Assembly (NCBI RefSeq): GCF_009914755.1
Contig: NC_060927.1
Length of the DNA: 64,000 nt
Reading direction: 5' to 3' (one strand)
DNA from: the human T2T-CHM13v2.0 reference genome, Homo sapiens
The translations under genes were made by a program, and so were the position numbers. Position 1 is the first letter of the stretch, and each line of letters opens with the position of its first letter. The notes under the pieces are model-generated. The model was not told where the DNA came from. It did not search any database and worked only from the letters and a program-made list of their open reading frames with translations. Positions 12,066 to 24,121 of the stretch are shown here, in pieces.

Positions 12066-12084
12066 TGGTGTCGAAGACCCGTGA
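12066..12084 (+). other. Primer binding site, closer to tRNA-Phe than tRNA-His
   Basis: TGGTGTCGAAGACCCGTGA immediately after the 5' LTR. Confidence 0.6.
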
Positions 12085-12598
12085 CAGGGGAACTCCTACG
12101 GGAGAGCAGTCCCCTGTCCTCGTGCTCCCACCGTGAGGAGATCCACCTGTGACCTCGGGTCATCAGACCAGCCAGCCCAAGGACCATCTCACCAATTTCA
12201 AATCAGTAAGCGGGTTTTCGCAATTGGGTAAGTGGTTTTTCGCTCTCTACCTAACCTCTCTTGCCTCCCTTAAATCTCTCTCCTTTCAATTTCAGTTTCT
12301 CTCCCTTCCTGGTAGAGACAAAAGGAGACACATTTTATCCGTGCATTCAAAAACTCCGACGTCGGTCACGGACATGGGAAGACAGTCTTCCCTTGGTGTC
12401 TGATCACCGCGGTGACGCCTGCTGTGGTCATTCACCCACCTTCCCTTGGTGGCAGGTCAATCGCAAGGACGCCTGCTTTGGCTGCTCACCCACATTACAG
12501 CCCAGGACTCAGTCAGGGGTGCCTACTGGAAGCCTGGTAGCTTCCCACCTCCATTTCTCCATGTCTCTACCTTCCTCTTTAAACTTACCTTCTCCTCT

Positions 12599-14190
12599 AT
12601 GGGCAACCTTCCACCATCCATTCCTCCCTCTTCCACCTTAGCCTGTGTTCTTAAAAACCTAAAACCCCTTCAACTAACACCTGACTTAAAACCTAAATGT
12701 CTTATTTTCTTCTGTAATACTGCTTGACCCCAATACAAACTCGACAATAGTTCCAAGTGGCCACAGAATGGCACTTTCAATTTGTCTATCCTACAAGACC
12801 TAGATAATTTTTGTCGACAACTGGGCAAATGATCTGAGGTACCTTATGTCCAGGCATTTTTTTACACTTCATTCCCTCCCTAGTCTCTGCTCCCAGTGCA
12901 ACTCCTCCCAGATTTTCCTTCTTTCTTTCCCGTTCGCTCCTTCGGTCTCCACCCCAAGCTCAGAGTCCTCTGAATCCTCCTTTTCTACTGACCCCTCTGA
13001 CCTCTCTCTTCCTCCCCTGGCCGCTCCTTCCCAGGCTGAATCAGGTGCCAATTCTTCCGCAGCCTCCACTCCACCATCCTATAACCCTTCTATTACCTCC
13101 CCTCCTCACACCGAGTCTGGCTTACAGTTTCATTCCACGACTAGCTCCCCGCAACCTGCCCAACAATTTCCTCTTAGAGAGGTGACTGGAGCTGAAGGCA
13201 TAGTCAGGGCATATGTGCCTTTTTCTCTGTCAGACCTTTCCCATATCAGCCAGCGTTTAGGCTCTTTCTCATCAGACCCCACTAAATATATATAGGAATT
13301 CCAATATCTAACTCAGTCCTACAGTTTAACCTGGAGTGACTTAAATGTCATCCTGACCTCTACCCTCTCCCCGTATGAACGAGAAAGAGTTCATTTTCTA
13401 GCCCAGTCCTACTCAGACACCTGCTGGCTTCATGAGCCAGGCCTCCAAGAGGGCACCAGGGCAGTTCCCCGAGAGGATCTCCATTGGCAATACCAGACGG
13501 ACTCACCAGGTATAGGTAGGCTAGATTACATGGTCTCCTGCCTAGTCGAGGGGCTCAGAAAGGCAGCATAGAAAGCAGTTAATTATGACAAGCTGAAGGA
13601 AATTACCCCAGGTAAAGATGAAAACCCAGCCCAATTCATGGCCACTTAGCAGCTACCCTTAGACGTTTTACAGCCCTAGACCCAGAGGGGTCAGAAGGCC
13701 ACCTTATCCTTAATATGCATTTTGTCACCCAATTCTCTCCTGACATTAGAAAAAAACTCCAAAAGTTGGATTCCGGCCCTCAAACCTTACAACAGGATTT
13801 AATCAACTTTGCCTTCAAGGTGTTCAATAACAGAGAAGAAGCCACCAAGCGGCAACATATCTCTCAGTTACAGCTACTTGCCTCCGCTGTAAGACAACCC
13901 ACAGTCACGTCTCCAGCATACAAAACCTTCAGAACATCTAAACCACAGCTCCCAGGGGTTCCTTCAAAACCTCCTCATGGACCTTGCTTCAAATGCCAAA
14001 ATCCTGGCCACTGGGCCTCAGAATGCCCGCAGCCCGGGATTCCTCCTAAGCCACGCCCTGTCTGTGCGGGGCCCACTGGAAGTTGGACTGTCTGACTCAC
14101 ATTTCCGCTGCTTCTAAAGCTCCTGGAGCTCAAACCCAACTTTCCTTGGCCGATTCCTTCCCAGATCTCCTCAGCTTAGTAGCTGAAGAC
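12599..14190 (+). pseudogene. gag: HERV-H gag remnant (stops and frameshifts)
   Basis: MGNLPPSIPPSSTLACVLKNLKPLQLTPDLKPK; VPFSLSDL; PDIRKKLQKL; CCHC knuckle CFKCQNPGHWASEC. Confidence 0.9.
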
Positions 14191-14193
14191 TGA

Positions 14194-14958
14194 CACTGCC
14201 CAATAACTTTGGAAGCCCCCTGGACCATCACGGACACCAAGCTCCGGGTAACTCTTATAGTGGAGGGTAAGTCCATCCCCTGTTTAATCGATATGGGGGC
14301 TACCCACTCCACATTACCTTCTTTTCAAAGGCCTGTTTTCCTTGCCCCCGTAACTGTTGTGGTTATTGATGGCCAGGCTTCTACACCCTTTAAAACTCCC
14401 CAACTCTGGTGCCAACTTGGACAACATTCTTTTATGCACTTTTTTTTAGTTATCTCCACCTGCCCAGTTCCCTTATTAGGCTGAGACGTTTTAACTGAAT
14501 TATCTGCTTCCCTGACTATTCCTGGACTACAGCCACACCTCATTGCTGCCCTTTTGCCTGATTCAAGGCCTCCTTTGAATTCTCCTCTCGTGTATCCCTA
14601 CCTTAATCCACACGTATGGGATCCTCTACTCCCTGCCTGGTGACCAATCAGGTATCACTTACCATCCCATTAAAACCTAATCACCCTTACCCAGCTCAAC
14701 GTCAGTACCCCATCCCACAACAGGCTTTAAGAGGACTAAAGCCTGTTACTGTTCCCCTGTTACAGCATGGCCTTTTAAAGCCTACAAATTCTCCTTACAA
14801 CTCCCCTATCCTACCTGTCCAGAAATTGGACAAATCTTTTTTTTAATTTCTTTTATTATTATTATTATTATTATTATACTTTAAGTTTTAGGGTACATGT
14901 GCACAACGTGCAGGTTTGTTTCATATGTGTACATCTTACAGGTTGGTTCAGGATCTTC
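14194..14958 (+). pseudogene. pro-pol: HERV-H protease and N-terminal RT remnant
   Basis: CLIDMGATHS (DTGA site degenerate), CPVPLLG, QRQYPIPQQALRGLKP, SPYNSPILPVQK, then YRLVQDL where pol homology stops. Confidence 0.88.
14839..14932 (-). mobile_element. About 95-bp L1PA 3' terminal fragment inserted in HERV-H pol
   Basis: T/TTA tail plus atactttaagttttagggtacatgtgcacaacgtgcagg; flanked by ATCTT at 14834-14838 and 14933-14937. Confidence 0.85.
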
Positions 14959-15269
14959 ATTCTATTAGGTCTATTCATCCTTACCCTACTTTTTGCAACA
15001 GGGCTTTACGTGGTCAGTCCCCACTTCTTGGACTGTGCCCCATAAACCTGTCATCCCTACTATCTTCTGTCTAGTTATACTCCTATTCACCATTCTCAAC
15101 TACTCGTAAATGCCCTGCCGTGGTTTACACTGCTGGTTTACACTTTTCCTCCAAACCATCATAACTGAAATCTCCTGGTTTTACCTCAAACTGCCACCCT
15201 TAACTCTCTCTTGGAGTGAATAGAAGATCTTCAGTGGCAAGGTACACTCCAATTCTTCTATCCTGATGA

Positions 15270-16965
15270 AGTCCTTTTTTAGTTTTTTTTACTTTTCTAC
15301 TCACTCTTATCCTTGCCCCCATTCTCCAGTCACTCTCTACCTCTCCCTAGTTACCTCCAGCATACTGTAAATCTCACCCACTCTCTCCTCACTTCCTCCA
15401 ATCCTTCTCTAGCAAAGAATTGTTGGCTATGCGTTTCCCTTTCTTCCTGCTGTTACACAGCCATCCCCACTCCATGGGTCAACTGGGCTACCTCTCCTGT
15501 CTCCCTGCACCTCCAAACCTCCTTTAATAGCCCTCATCTTTACCCACCTGAGGAACTTCTTTACTTTCTAGACAGATTTGGTGAGAACTCCCCAGACATT
15601 TTGCACCAACAAGCTGCCACACTTCTCCACATCTACTCATGGCACCTTTCTCCTACATCAATTCCACTCCCCCTCCCCATATTTGGACCCCTAACCACAC
15701 AAACAACTATCCCTGTTGCTGCTTCTTTATGCATCTCCTGACAACAGCCTGCTGGAATCCCTTTAGGCAACCTTCCACCGTCTAAATATTCCTTTACTCT
15801 TTATCTCCAGCCACACATTACCAGATGGGAGCATTCCAACTTTGCATTACTGATAAGCCCTCTATCATTATTGACAAACTAAAAAACATTGGCAGTCACT
15901 ACTGTTTAGGAAGACACCTACCGTGCATCCTTGGCTACCGTCCCGCTGCTCATCTGTCTCTCCTCCTGGCCCCTCCTCTTGCTTGCTTATACCCAGACCC
16001 ATGAATAGCAGTGAAAGCTTACTTGTAGACACTATGTGCTTTCTCTTATTCCATGAGAACTGAACCTCTCCCTCTATGCAGTTGCACCATCAATCCCCTT
16101 ACAACCGCTAACGGCTGCTGTCCTTGCTGGATCTTTAGGATTTGGGGTGCAGGACTCCTCTTTCAGTACACCCTGTCACCTTTTTACTTTACATTTCCAG
16201 TTCTGCCTGACACAACATCTCTTTTTTTTATGTGGCTCTTCCACCTACATGTGCCTACCTGTCAAGTGGACAGGCACATGTACTCTAATCTTCCTTACCC
16301 CCAAAATCCAGCTTGCAGATGGGAATGAACAACTGCTTGTCCTCCTCATGACACCAACATGACAAAAAAGAGTCATCCCACTAATCCCTTTACTTGTGGG
16401 TCTAGGACTTTGTGCCTTCACTATTGCACTTGGAACTGGAATAGCAGGTGTCTCAACCTCTGTCACAACATTCTGCAGCCTCTCTTATGACTTCTCTGCT
16501 AGCATTACAGATATATCACAAACTTTATCTGTCCTCCAAGCTCAGGTTGACTCTTTAGCTACAGTTGTCCTTCAGAACCACCAAGGCCTCGATTTACTCA
16601 CTGCTGAAAAAGGAGGACTCTGTATATTTCTTAAAGAGGAGTGTTGTTTTTACTTAAATCAATCTGGCCTGGTATATGATAACATCAAAAAACTCAAAGA
16701 CAGAGCTCAAAAACTTGCTAATCAGGCAACTAATTACACTGGACCCACCTGGCCACTCTCTAACTGGGTATCCTGGCTTCTTCCAATCATTAGTCCTCAA
16801 TACCTATCCTCCTCCTTCTCTTATTCAGGCTTTGTGTCTTCCAATTAATCTCTCAATTCCTACGAAACCGCATCAAGGCTATCACTCATTACTCTATACA
16901 ACAAATGCTGCTTTTAACAATCCCACAATATCACCCCTTACCCCAAAGTATTACTTAAGTCTAAT
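15270..16965 (+). pseudogene. env: HERV-H env remnant (SU and TM), disrupted
   Basis: SU CWLC motif; cleavage site read as TGA-Q-K-R; fusion peptide VIPLIPLLVGLG; immunosuppressive domain LQNHQGLDLLTAEKGGL and CX6CC CIFLKEECC. Confidence 0.9.
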
Positions 16966-17125
16966 CTCTCCCACTTAAGGTTCCCGTGCCACCTCTAATC
17001 CTGCTCAAAGCAGCCCTGAGAAACATCACCCATCACCCCTCCATACAACCCCCAAAATTTTCACCCCAAGTTTTCACTACTCTTTCTTGTTTTATGTCTT
17101 CCTTATTAACATTAAAAAACAGAAA

Positions 17126-17576
17126 TGTAAGGTCCTTTGATCTGGCTGCACCGTGGTCAAGCCATCATGACATTCCCCCCACCGTTGTGATAATGTACTT
17201 TGTGATATTCCCTGTCCAGTGCATGTACTTTGTAACATTCCTTCCCGCCCTTATGACAATACATCCTCCGTGCCCTTGTGAAGGTACTTTGTAACATCCT
17301 CCCCACCCTTCTGACAATACACCCTCCTTGCCCTTGTGAATGTACTTTGTAACATCCTCCCCACCCTTGAGAATGTATTTTGTAACATCCATCCACTGCC
17401 AGCAATAAATTGCTCCTGACTCCACCGCCTATCCCAAACCTATAAGAATCAATGATAATCCCACCACTCTTTGCTGACTTCTTTCTCAGACTCAGCCCAC
17501 TCGCACCCAAGTGAATAAACAGACTTGTTGCTCTCACTAAGCCTGCTCAGATGGTCTCACACGGGCATGCATAACA
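17126..17576 (+). repeat. 3' LTR of the provirus
   Basis: Direct repeat of 11606-12063, preceded by a purine-rich tract aaaaaacagaaa. Confidence 0.9.
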
Positions 17577-19307
17577 GAAAGATCTCTACAAGTAGAACTA
17601 CAAAACCCTTCTCAAAAAAATCAGAGATGACTCATACAAATGGAAAGACATTTCATGCTCATGGATAGGAAGAACCAGTATCATTAAAATGGCCTAAACG
17701 CCCAAAGCAATTTATAGATTCAATGCTATTCCTATCATTAGATTCATCAGAGAACTAGAAAAAACTGTTTTAGAATTCATATGGAACAATTCATATGGAA
17801 AAAGAGCCTGAATAGCCAAGGCCATCCCAAGCAGAAAGAACAAAGATAGAGCCATCATGCTACCCTACTTCAAACTATACTACAGGGCTACATTAACCAA
17901 AACAGCATGGTACTGGTACAAGAACAGATACATAGACCAATGGAACATAATAGAGAACCTAGAAATAAGACCACATACCTACAACCATCTGGTCTTCAAC
18001 AAAACAAGCAATGGGGAAAGGATTCTTTATTTAAAAAGCGGTGTTAAGAGAACTGGCTAGCCTTATGCAGAAAATTGAAACTGAACTTCTTCCTTACACC
18101 ATATACCAAAATAAACTCAAGATAAATTAAAGAGTTAAATGTAAAACCCAAAACTATAGAAACCTTAGAAGAATACCTAGGCAATACAATTCAGGACATA
18201 GGCATGGGCAAAGATTTCATGACAAAGATACCAAAACTGATTGCAACAAAAGCACAAATTGACCAATGGGATCTAATTAAACTAAAGAGCTTCTGCAGAG
18301 CAAAAGAAACTATCAACATGGGATAAACAAACAACCTAAGAATGTGAGAAAATTTTTGCAGTGTGTGCATCCGACAAAGATCTAACATCCAGCATCTATA
18401 ATGAACATAAACAAATTTACAAGAAAAAAAAAAACCCTATCAAAATGTGGGTGAACGATATGAACAGACACTTCTAAAAGAAGACATTTATGTGGCCAAA
18501 AAACATATCAAAAAAAGCTCAACATCACTGATCATTAGAGAAATGCAAATCAAAACCACAATGACATACCGTCTCACACCAGTCAGAATGGCTATTATTA
18601 AAAAGTCAAAGAATAATATATGCTAGTGAGGTTGTGGAGAAAAATGGAACACTTAGACAGTGTTGATGGGAGTGTAAACTGGCTCTACCACTGTGGAAGA
18701 CAGTGTGGTGATTTCTCAAAGACATAAGAACAGAAATACCTTTTGACCCAGCAATCCAATTACTGAGGGTATACCCAAAGGAATGTAAATTGTTCTATTA
18801 TGAAGACACATACATGTGTATGTTCATTACAGCATTAATCACATAGCAAAAACATGGAATCAACCTAAATGCTCATCAATAATAGACTGGATAATGAAAA
18901 TGCAGTACATATACACCATGGAATACTATACAGTCATAGAAAGGAATGATACCGTGTCCTTTGCAGCAACATGGATAGAGCAGGAGGCCGTCATCCTTAG
19001 CAAACTAATGGAGAGACAGAAAACTAAATACTACAAGGTTCTCACTTATAAGTGGGAGCTAAATGATGAGAATATATGGACACTTAGTTGGGAACAGCAC
19101 ACACTGGGACCTATTGGAGGATGGAGGGTGGGAGGAGGGAGAATATCAAAAAAATAACTAATGAAATCTGGGCTTAATGCCTGGCTGGTGACATAATCTG
19201 TACAGCAAACCCCCTTGACACACGTTTACCTATGTAACAAACCTGCACAACCTTCACATGTACCCCTGAACTTAAAAGTTTAAAATTTTTATTTTTAATA
19301 CTTGTGG

Positions 19308-19400
19308 ATACATATATATATGTATGTGAGTGTGTGTATGTATATGTATATATGTGTATATATGTACATGTATGTATATGTATATATGTACCCCAGAGTA
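19308..19400. repeat. (TA/TG)n low-complexity tract
   Basis: atatatatatgtatgtgagtgtgtgtatgtatatgtata... Confidence 0.85.
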
Positions 19401-19832
19401 TTTTTTTATATATTTATACTTATTCTACTATACAGACACATGCATTTGTGTCTTTATTGATGTGTTAGTCTCTCTCTCTATATTATATATATTATATATT
19501 TAATACTTGTGGGTACATATATATTCATATATATATACATGGGGTACATGAGATATTTTGATATAGGTATGCAACATGTTATAATCACATCATGGAAAAT
19601 GAGGTATCCATCCCATCAACCATTTATCCTTAGTGATACAAACAATCCAAGTGTATTTCTTGGTAATTGTAAAATGTACAATTAAATTATTTTGACTATA
19701 GTAAACCTTCTGTCTACCAAATACTGGGTATTAATAATCATATCATGGAGAATAGAGTATATATCCTTTTACACATTTTTTTTGTGTTACAAATAATCCA
19801 CTTATACTCTTTCAGTTATTTTTAAACATACA

Positions 19833-20800
19833 AGTGAAGAGGCAACCTAGCAAATAGGAGAAAACTTTTGCAATCTATCCATCTGACAAAGGTGTGATCT
19901 CCAGAATCTACAAGGAACTTAAACAAATTTACAAGAGAAAAACAAGCAATACCATCAAAAAGTGGGCAAAGGATATGAACTTCTCAAAAGAGGACATTAT
20001 GTGGCCAAGAAATATATGAAAAAAGGCTCATCATCACTGGTCATTAGAGAAATGCAAATCAAAACCACAGTGAGATACCATCTCACCCCAATTAGAATGG
20101 CGATCATTAAAAAGTCAGGAAACAACAGATGCTGGAGAGGATGTGGAGAAATAGGAATGCTTTTACACTGTTGGTGGCAGTGTAAATTAGTTCAGCTATT
20201 GTGGAAGACAGTGTGGTGATTCCTCAAGGATCTAGAACCAGAAATACCATTTGACCCAGAAATCCTATTACTGGGTATATACCCAAAGGAATATAAATCA
20301 TTCTACTATACAGACACATGCATTTGTATGTTTATTGAAGTGCTATTCACAATAGGAAAGACTTGGAACCAACCCAAATGCCCATCAATGATAGACTGGA
20401 TAAAGAAAATGTGGCACATATACACCATGGAATACTATGCTGCCACAAAAAAGAACAAGTTCATGTCCTTTGCAGGGATATGGATGAAGTTGGAAACCAT
20501 CATTCTCAGCAAACTGACACAAGAACAGAAAATCAAACACTGCATGTTCTCACTCATAAGTGGGAGTTAAACCATGAGAACACATGGACACAGGGAGGGT
20601 AACACTAAGCATCAGAGCCTGTTGGGGTGTGGGGGCCGTAGGGAGGGAGAGCATAAGGACAAATACTTAATGCATGCAGAGCTTAAAACCTAGATGACGG
20701 GTTGATGGGTGCAGCAAACCACCATGGCACATGTATACATATGTAACAAACCGGAACTTTCTGCACATGTATCCCAGAACTTAAAGCTTAATAAATAGTT
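19833..20800 (+). mobile_element. 5'-truncated L1PA (L1PA7/8-like) 3' end
   Basis: [25 protein letters not shown]; 3' UTR ttaaaacctagatgacgggttgatgggtgcagcaaaccacc. Confidence 0.9.
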
Positions 20801-22174
20801 TTTAAAAATTATTTACTACAGTCGCCCTTTTGTGATATCAAATAGTAGGTCTTATTTATTCTTTCTATCTATTATTTGTATCCATCAAGCATCCCCAAGT
20901 GCCCCTGAAATACCCAATACCCTTCTCAGCCTCTGGTTAACATTCTTCTACTCTCTGTGTGCATGAATTCAATTGTTTTGGTTTTTAGATGCCACAAGTA
21001 AGTGAGAATGTGTGATGTTTGTCTTTCTTTACCTGACTTATTTCATTTAACATGATGATCTCCAGTTCCATCCATGTTGTTGGAAATGACAGCGTCTCAT
21101 TCTTTTTTATGGCTGAATTGAGACTCGTTGGGTATACATGCCACATTTTCTTTATCCATTCATTTGTTGATGGATACTTAGGTTGCTTCCAAATCTTGGC
21201 TATTGTGAACCATGCTGCAACACATATGTGCATGCAGATATCTATTCAATATACTGCTTTCCTTTTTGGGGGAGTATATATCCAGCAGTGGAATTACTGC
21301 ATCATATGGTAGCTCTATTTTCAGTTTTTAGAGGAACCACCAAACTGTTCTCCATAGTGTTTATACTAATTTACATTCCCAACAACAGTGTATAAGGGTT
21401 CTCTTTTCTCCACATCCTTGCCAGCATTTATTATTGCCTGTCTTTTGGAGGCAAGCCATTTTAACTGGAGTGAGATGATATCTCATTGTAGTTTTAATTT
21501 GCATTTATCTAATGATCAATATGATGTAGAGCACCTTTCAAATGCCTGTTTTTCATTCATATGACTTCTTTTCAGAAATGTGTATTCAAATCTTTTGCCC
21601 ATTTTAAAAATCAGATTATTCAATTTTTTTCCTATAGAGATGTTTGAGCTCCTTATATATTCTGGCTATTAATCCCTTGTCAGATGGGTAGTTTGTAAAT
21701 ATTTTCTCCCATTCTCTGGGTTGTCTCTTCACTTTGATGCTTGTATCCATTGCTGTGCTGAAGCTTTTTAACTTGATGTGGTGTCATTTGTCCATTTTTG
21801 CTTAGTTTGCTGTGCTTCTGGGTTGTTACTCAAAAAATTTTTGCCCTGCCCAATGTTCTGGATATATTCTCCAATGTTTTCTTTAGTAGTTTCATAGTTT
21901 GAAGTCTTGAATTTAAGTTTTAAATCCATTTTGATTTCAGTTTTCTATATGGTGAGAGATAGGGGTCTAGTTTTTTTCTTTTGCTTATGCATATCTAGTT
22001 TTCTGAGCACCATGTATTGATGAGACTGTCTTTCTCCAGTATGTGTTCTGGGAATTTTTGTTGAAAATGAGTTCACTGTAGATGTGTGCATTTGTTTCTG
22101 GATTCTTTATTCTGTTCCATTGGTCTGTGTGTCTATTTTTATGTCAACCGTGCTGGGTTTTTTTTTTTCTATAG

Positions 22175-23052
22175 TATCAGGGGAACCTGTCCCCAATATT
22201 TCAACATAGGTTCTTTCTATTTTCCATAAGTGTTGGCTGGATGAAAAATAAAGGGAAAGAGTACAAAGAGAGGAATTTTACAGCTGGGCCACCAGGGGTG
22301 ACATCACATATCGGTAGGACTGTGATGCCCACCTGAGCCTCAAACCAGCAAGTTTTTTATTAAGGGTTTCAAAAGGGGAAGGGATGTAAGAATGGGGAGT
22401 AGATGACATGCTTCAAAGGGCGAAAAGGAGAACTACTGATAAGGGTCCAACAAAGATCACAAGGCAAAGGGCAAAAGCAGAACTACTGATAAGGGTCTAT
22501 GTTCAGTGGTGCACGTATTGCCTTGATAAACATCTTAAACAACAGACATTCCCAGAGCGGCCATTTATAGACCTCCTGCAGGAATGCATTCCTTTCCGAG
22601 GATATTAATATTAATATTCTTTGCTAGGAAAAGAATTTAGTGATATCTTGCCTACTTGCACGTCCATTTATAGGCTCTCTGCAAGAATAAAAATATGGCT
22701 CTTTTTGCCCGACCCTGCAGGCAGTCAGACCTTATGGTTGTCTTCCCTTGTTCCCTAAAAATTGCTGTTATTCTGTTCTTTTTCAAGGTGCACTGATTTC
22801 ATATTGTTCAAACACACGTTTTATAATCAATTTGTACAGTTAACACAATTATCACAGTGGTCCTGAGGTGACGTATATCCTCAGTTTATGAAGATAACAG
22901 GATTAAGAGATTAAAGACAGGCATAAGAAATTATAAAAGTATTATTTGGGAACTGATAAATGTCCATATTAAAATGAAACCTTCACAATTTATGTTCCTC
23001 TGCCACGGCTCCAGCCAGTCCCTCCATTCAGGGTCCCTGTCTTCCCACAACA
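22175..23052 (-). mobile_element. MER11 solo LTR (HERV-K11/HML-8), 6-bp TSD CTATAG
   Basis: Reverse strand starts tgttgtgggaagacagggaccc; CTATAG at 22169-22174 and 23053-23058. Confidence 0.9.
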
Positions 23053-23734
23053 CTATAGCTCTGTAGTATATTTAAAGTCAGGTAACATGATTCCTCCAGT
23101 TTTGTTCTCTTAGCTTAGGATAGCTTTGGCTATTCTGGGTTTTCTTTTGTCATTCTATATATATTTTAGAATTGTTTCTTCTATTTCTTTGAAGAATGTC
23201 ATTGGTATTTTGATAGGCAATGCACTGAATCTATAGATTGCTTTTGGCAGTGTGGACATTTTAACAATATTGATTCTTCCAATCCATGAACATAAAATAT
23301 CTTTTCATGTTTTGATGTCATCTTTAACTGCCTTCATCGATGTTTTATAGCTTTCATTATTGAGATCTTTCACTTCTCTGGTTAATTCCTAAATACTTAA
23401 TTTTACATGTGGCTACTGTAACTGTGATTACTTTTGAATTTCTTTTTCATATTGTTCACTGTTGCTATATAGAAATGCTACTTATTTTTGTATGTTGATT
23501 TTGTATCCTGCAAGTTTACTGAATTTGTTTACCAGTTCTAATAATTTTCTTTTTGAATTTTTCATTTTTTCCAAATACATAATTATATCATCTGCAAGCA
23601 GGATAATTTCACTTTTTCCTTTCCAATTTAGATGCCCTTTATACCTTTTCCTCTATGATTGTACTTCCAGTATTATATTGAATAACAGTGGTGACAGTAA
23701 ACATCCTTGTCATGTTCCAAATCTGAGAGGAAAG

Positions 23735-24121
23735 TGTTACACGCGTCTGTGTGAGGAGACCACCAAACAGGCTTTGTGTGAGCGATAAAGCTTTTTAATC
23801 ACCTGGGTGCAGGCAGGCTGAGTCCAAAAAGAGAGTCAGTAAAGGGAGATAGGGGTGGGACCATTGTATAGAATTTGGGTAGGTAGTGGAAAATTACAGT
23901 CAAAGGGGGTTGTTCTCTGGCAGACGGGCGGGGGACACAAGGTGCTCAGTGGGGGAGCTTTTGAGCCAGGAGAAGGAATTTCACAAAGTAATGTCTTCAG
24001 TTAAGGCAGGAACAGGCCATTTTCACTTCTTTAGTGATTCTTCAGTTACTTCAGGCCATCCGAATGTATAGTGCAGGTCACAGGAGATATGATGGCTTAG
24101 CGTGGGCTCAAAGGCCTGACA
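23735..24121 (-). mobile_element. LTR7-family (HERV-H) solo LTR, 5-bp TSD GAAAG
   Basis: Reverse strand starts tgtcaggcctttgagcccacgctaagccatcatatc; GAAAG at 23730-23734 and 24122-24126. Confidence 0.92.

Larger units (their letters stand above)
11606..17576 (+). mobile_element. HERV-H-family provirus, 5971 bp, two LTRs, 5-bp TSD GAAAG
   Basis: TG...CA LTRs at 11606-12063 and 17126-17576; GAAAG at 11601-11605 and 17577-17581; gag, pro, partial pol and env remnants in order. Confidence 0.95.
11474..19283 (+). mobile_element. 5'-truncated L1 (L1PA13-16-like) interrupted by the HERV-H provirus
   Basis: ORF2 sequence ccagggaggtgaaag resumes as gaaagatctctaca after the provirus; peptide [20 protein letters not shown]; 3' UTR aaaaataactaatg...ccctgaacttaaaag. 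Confidence 0.9.
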
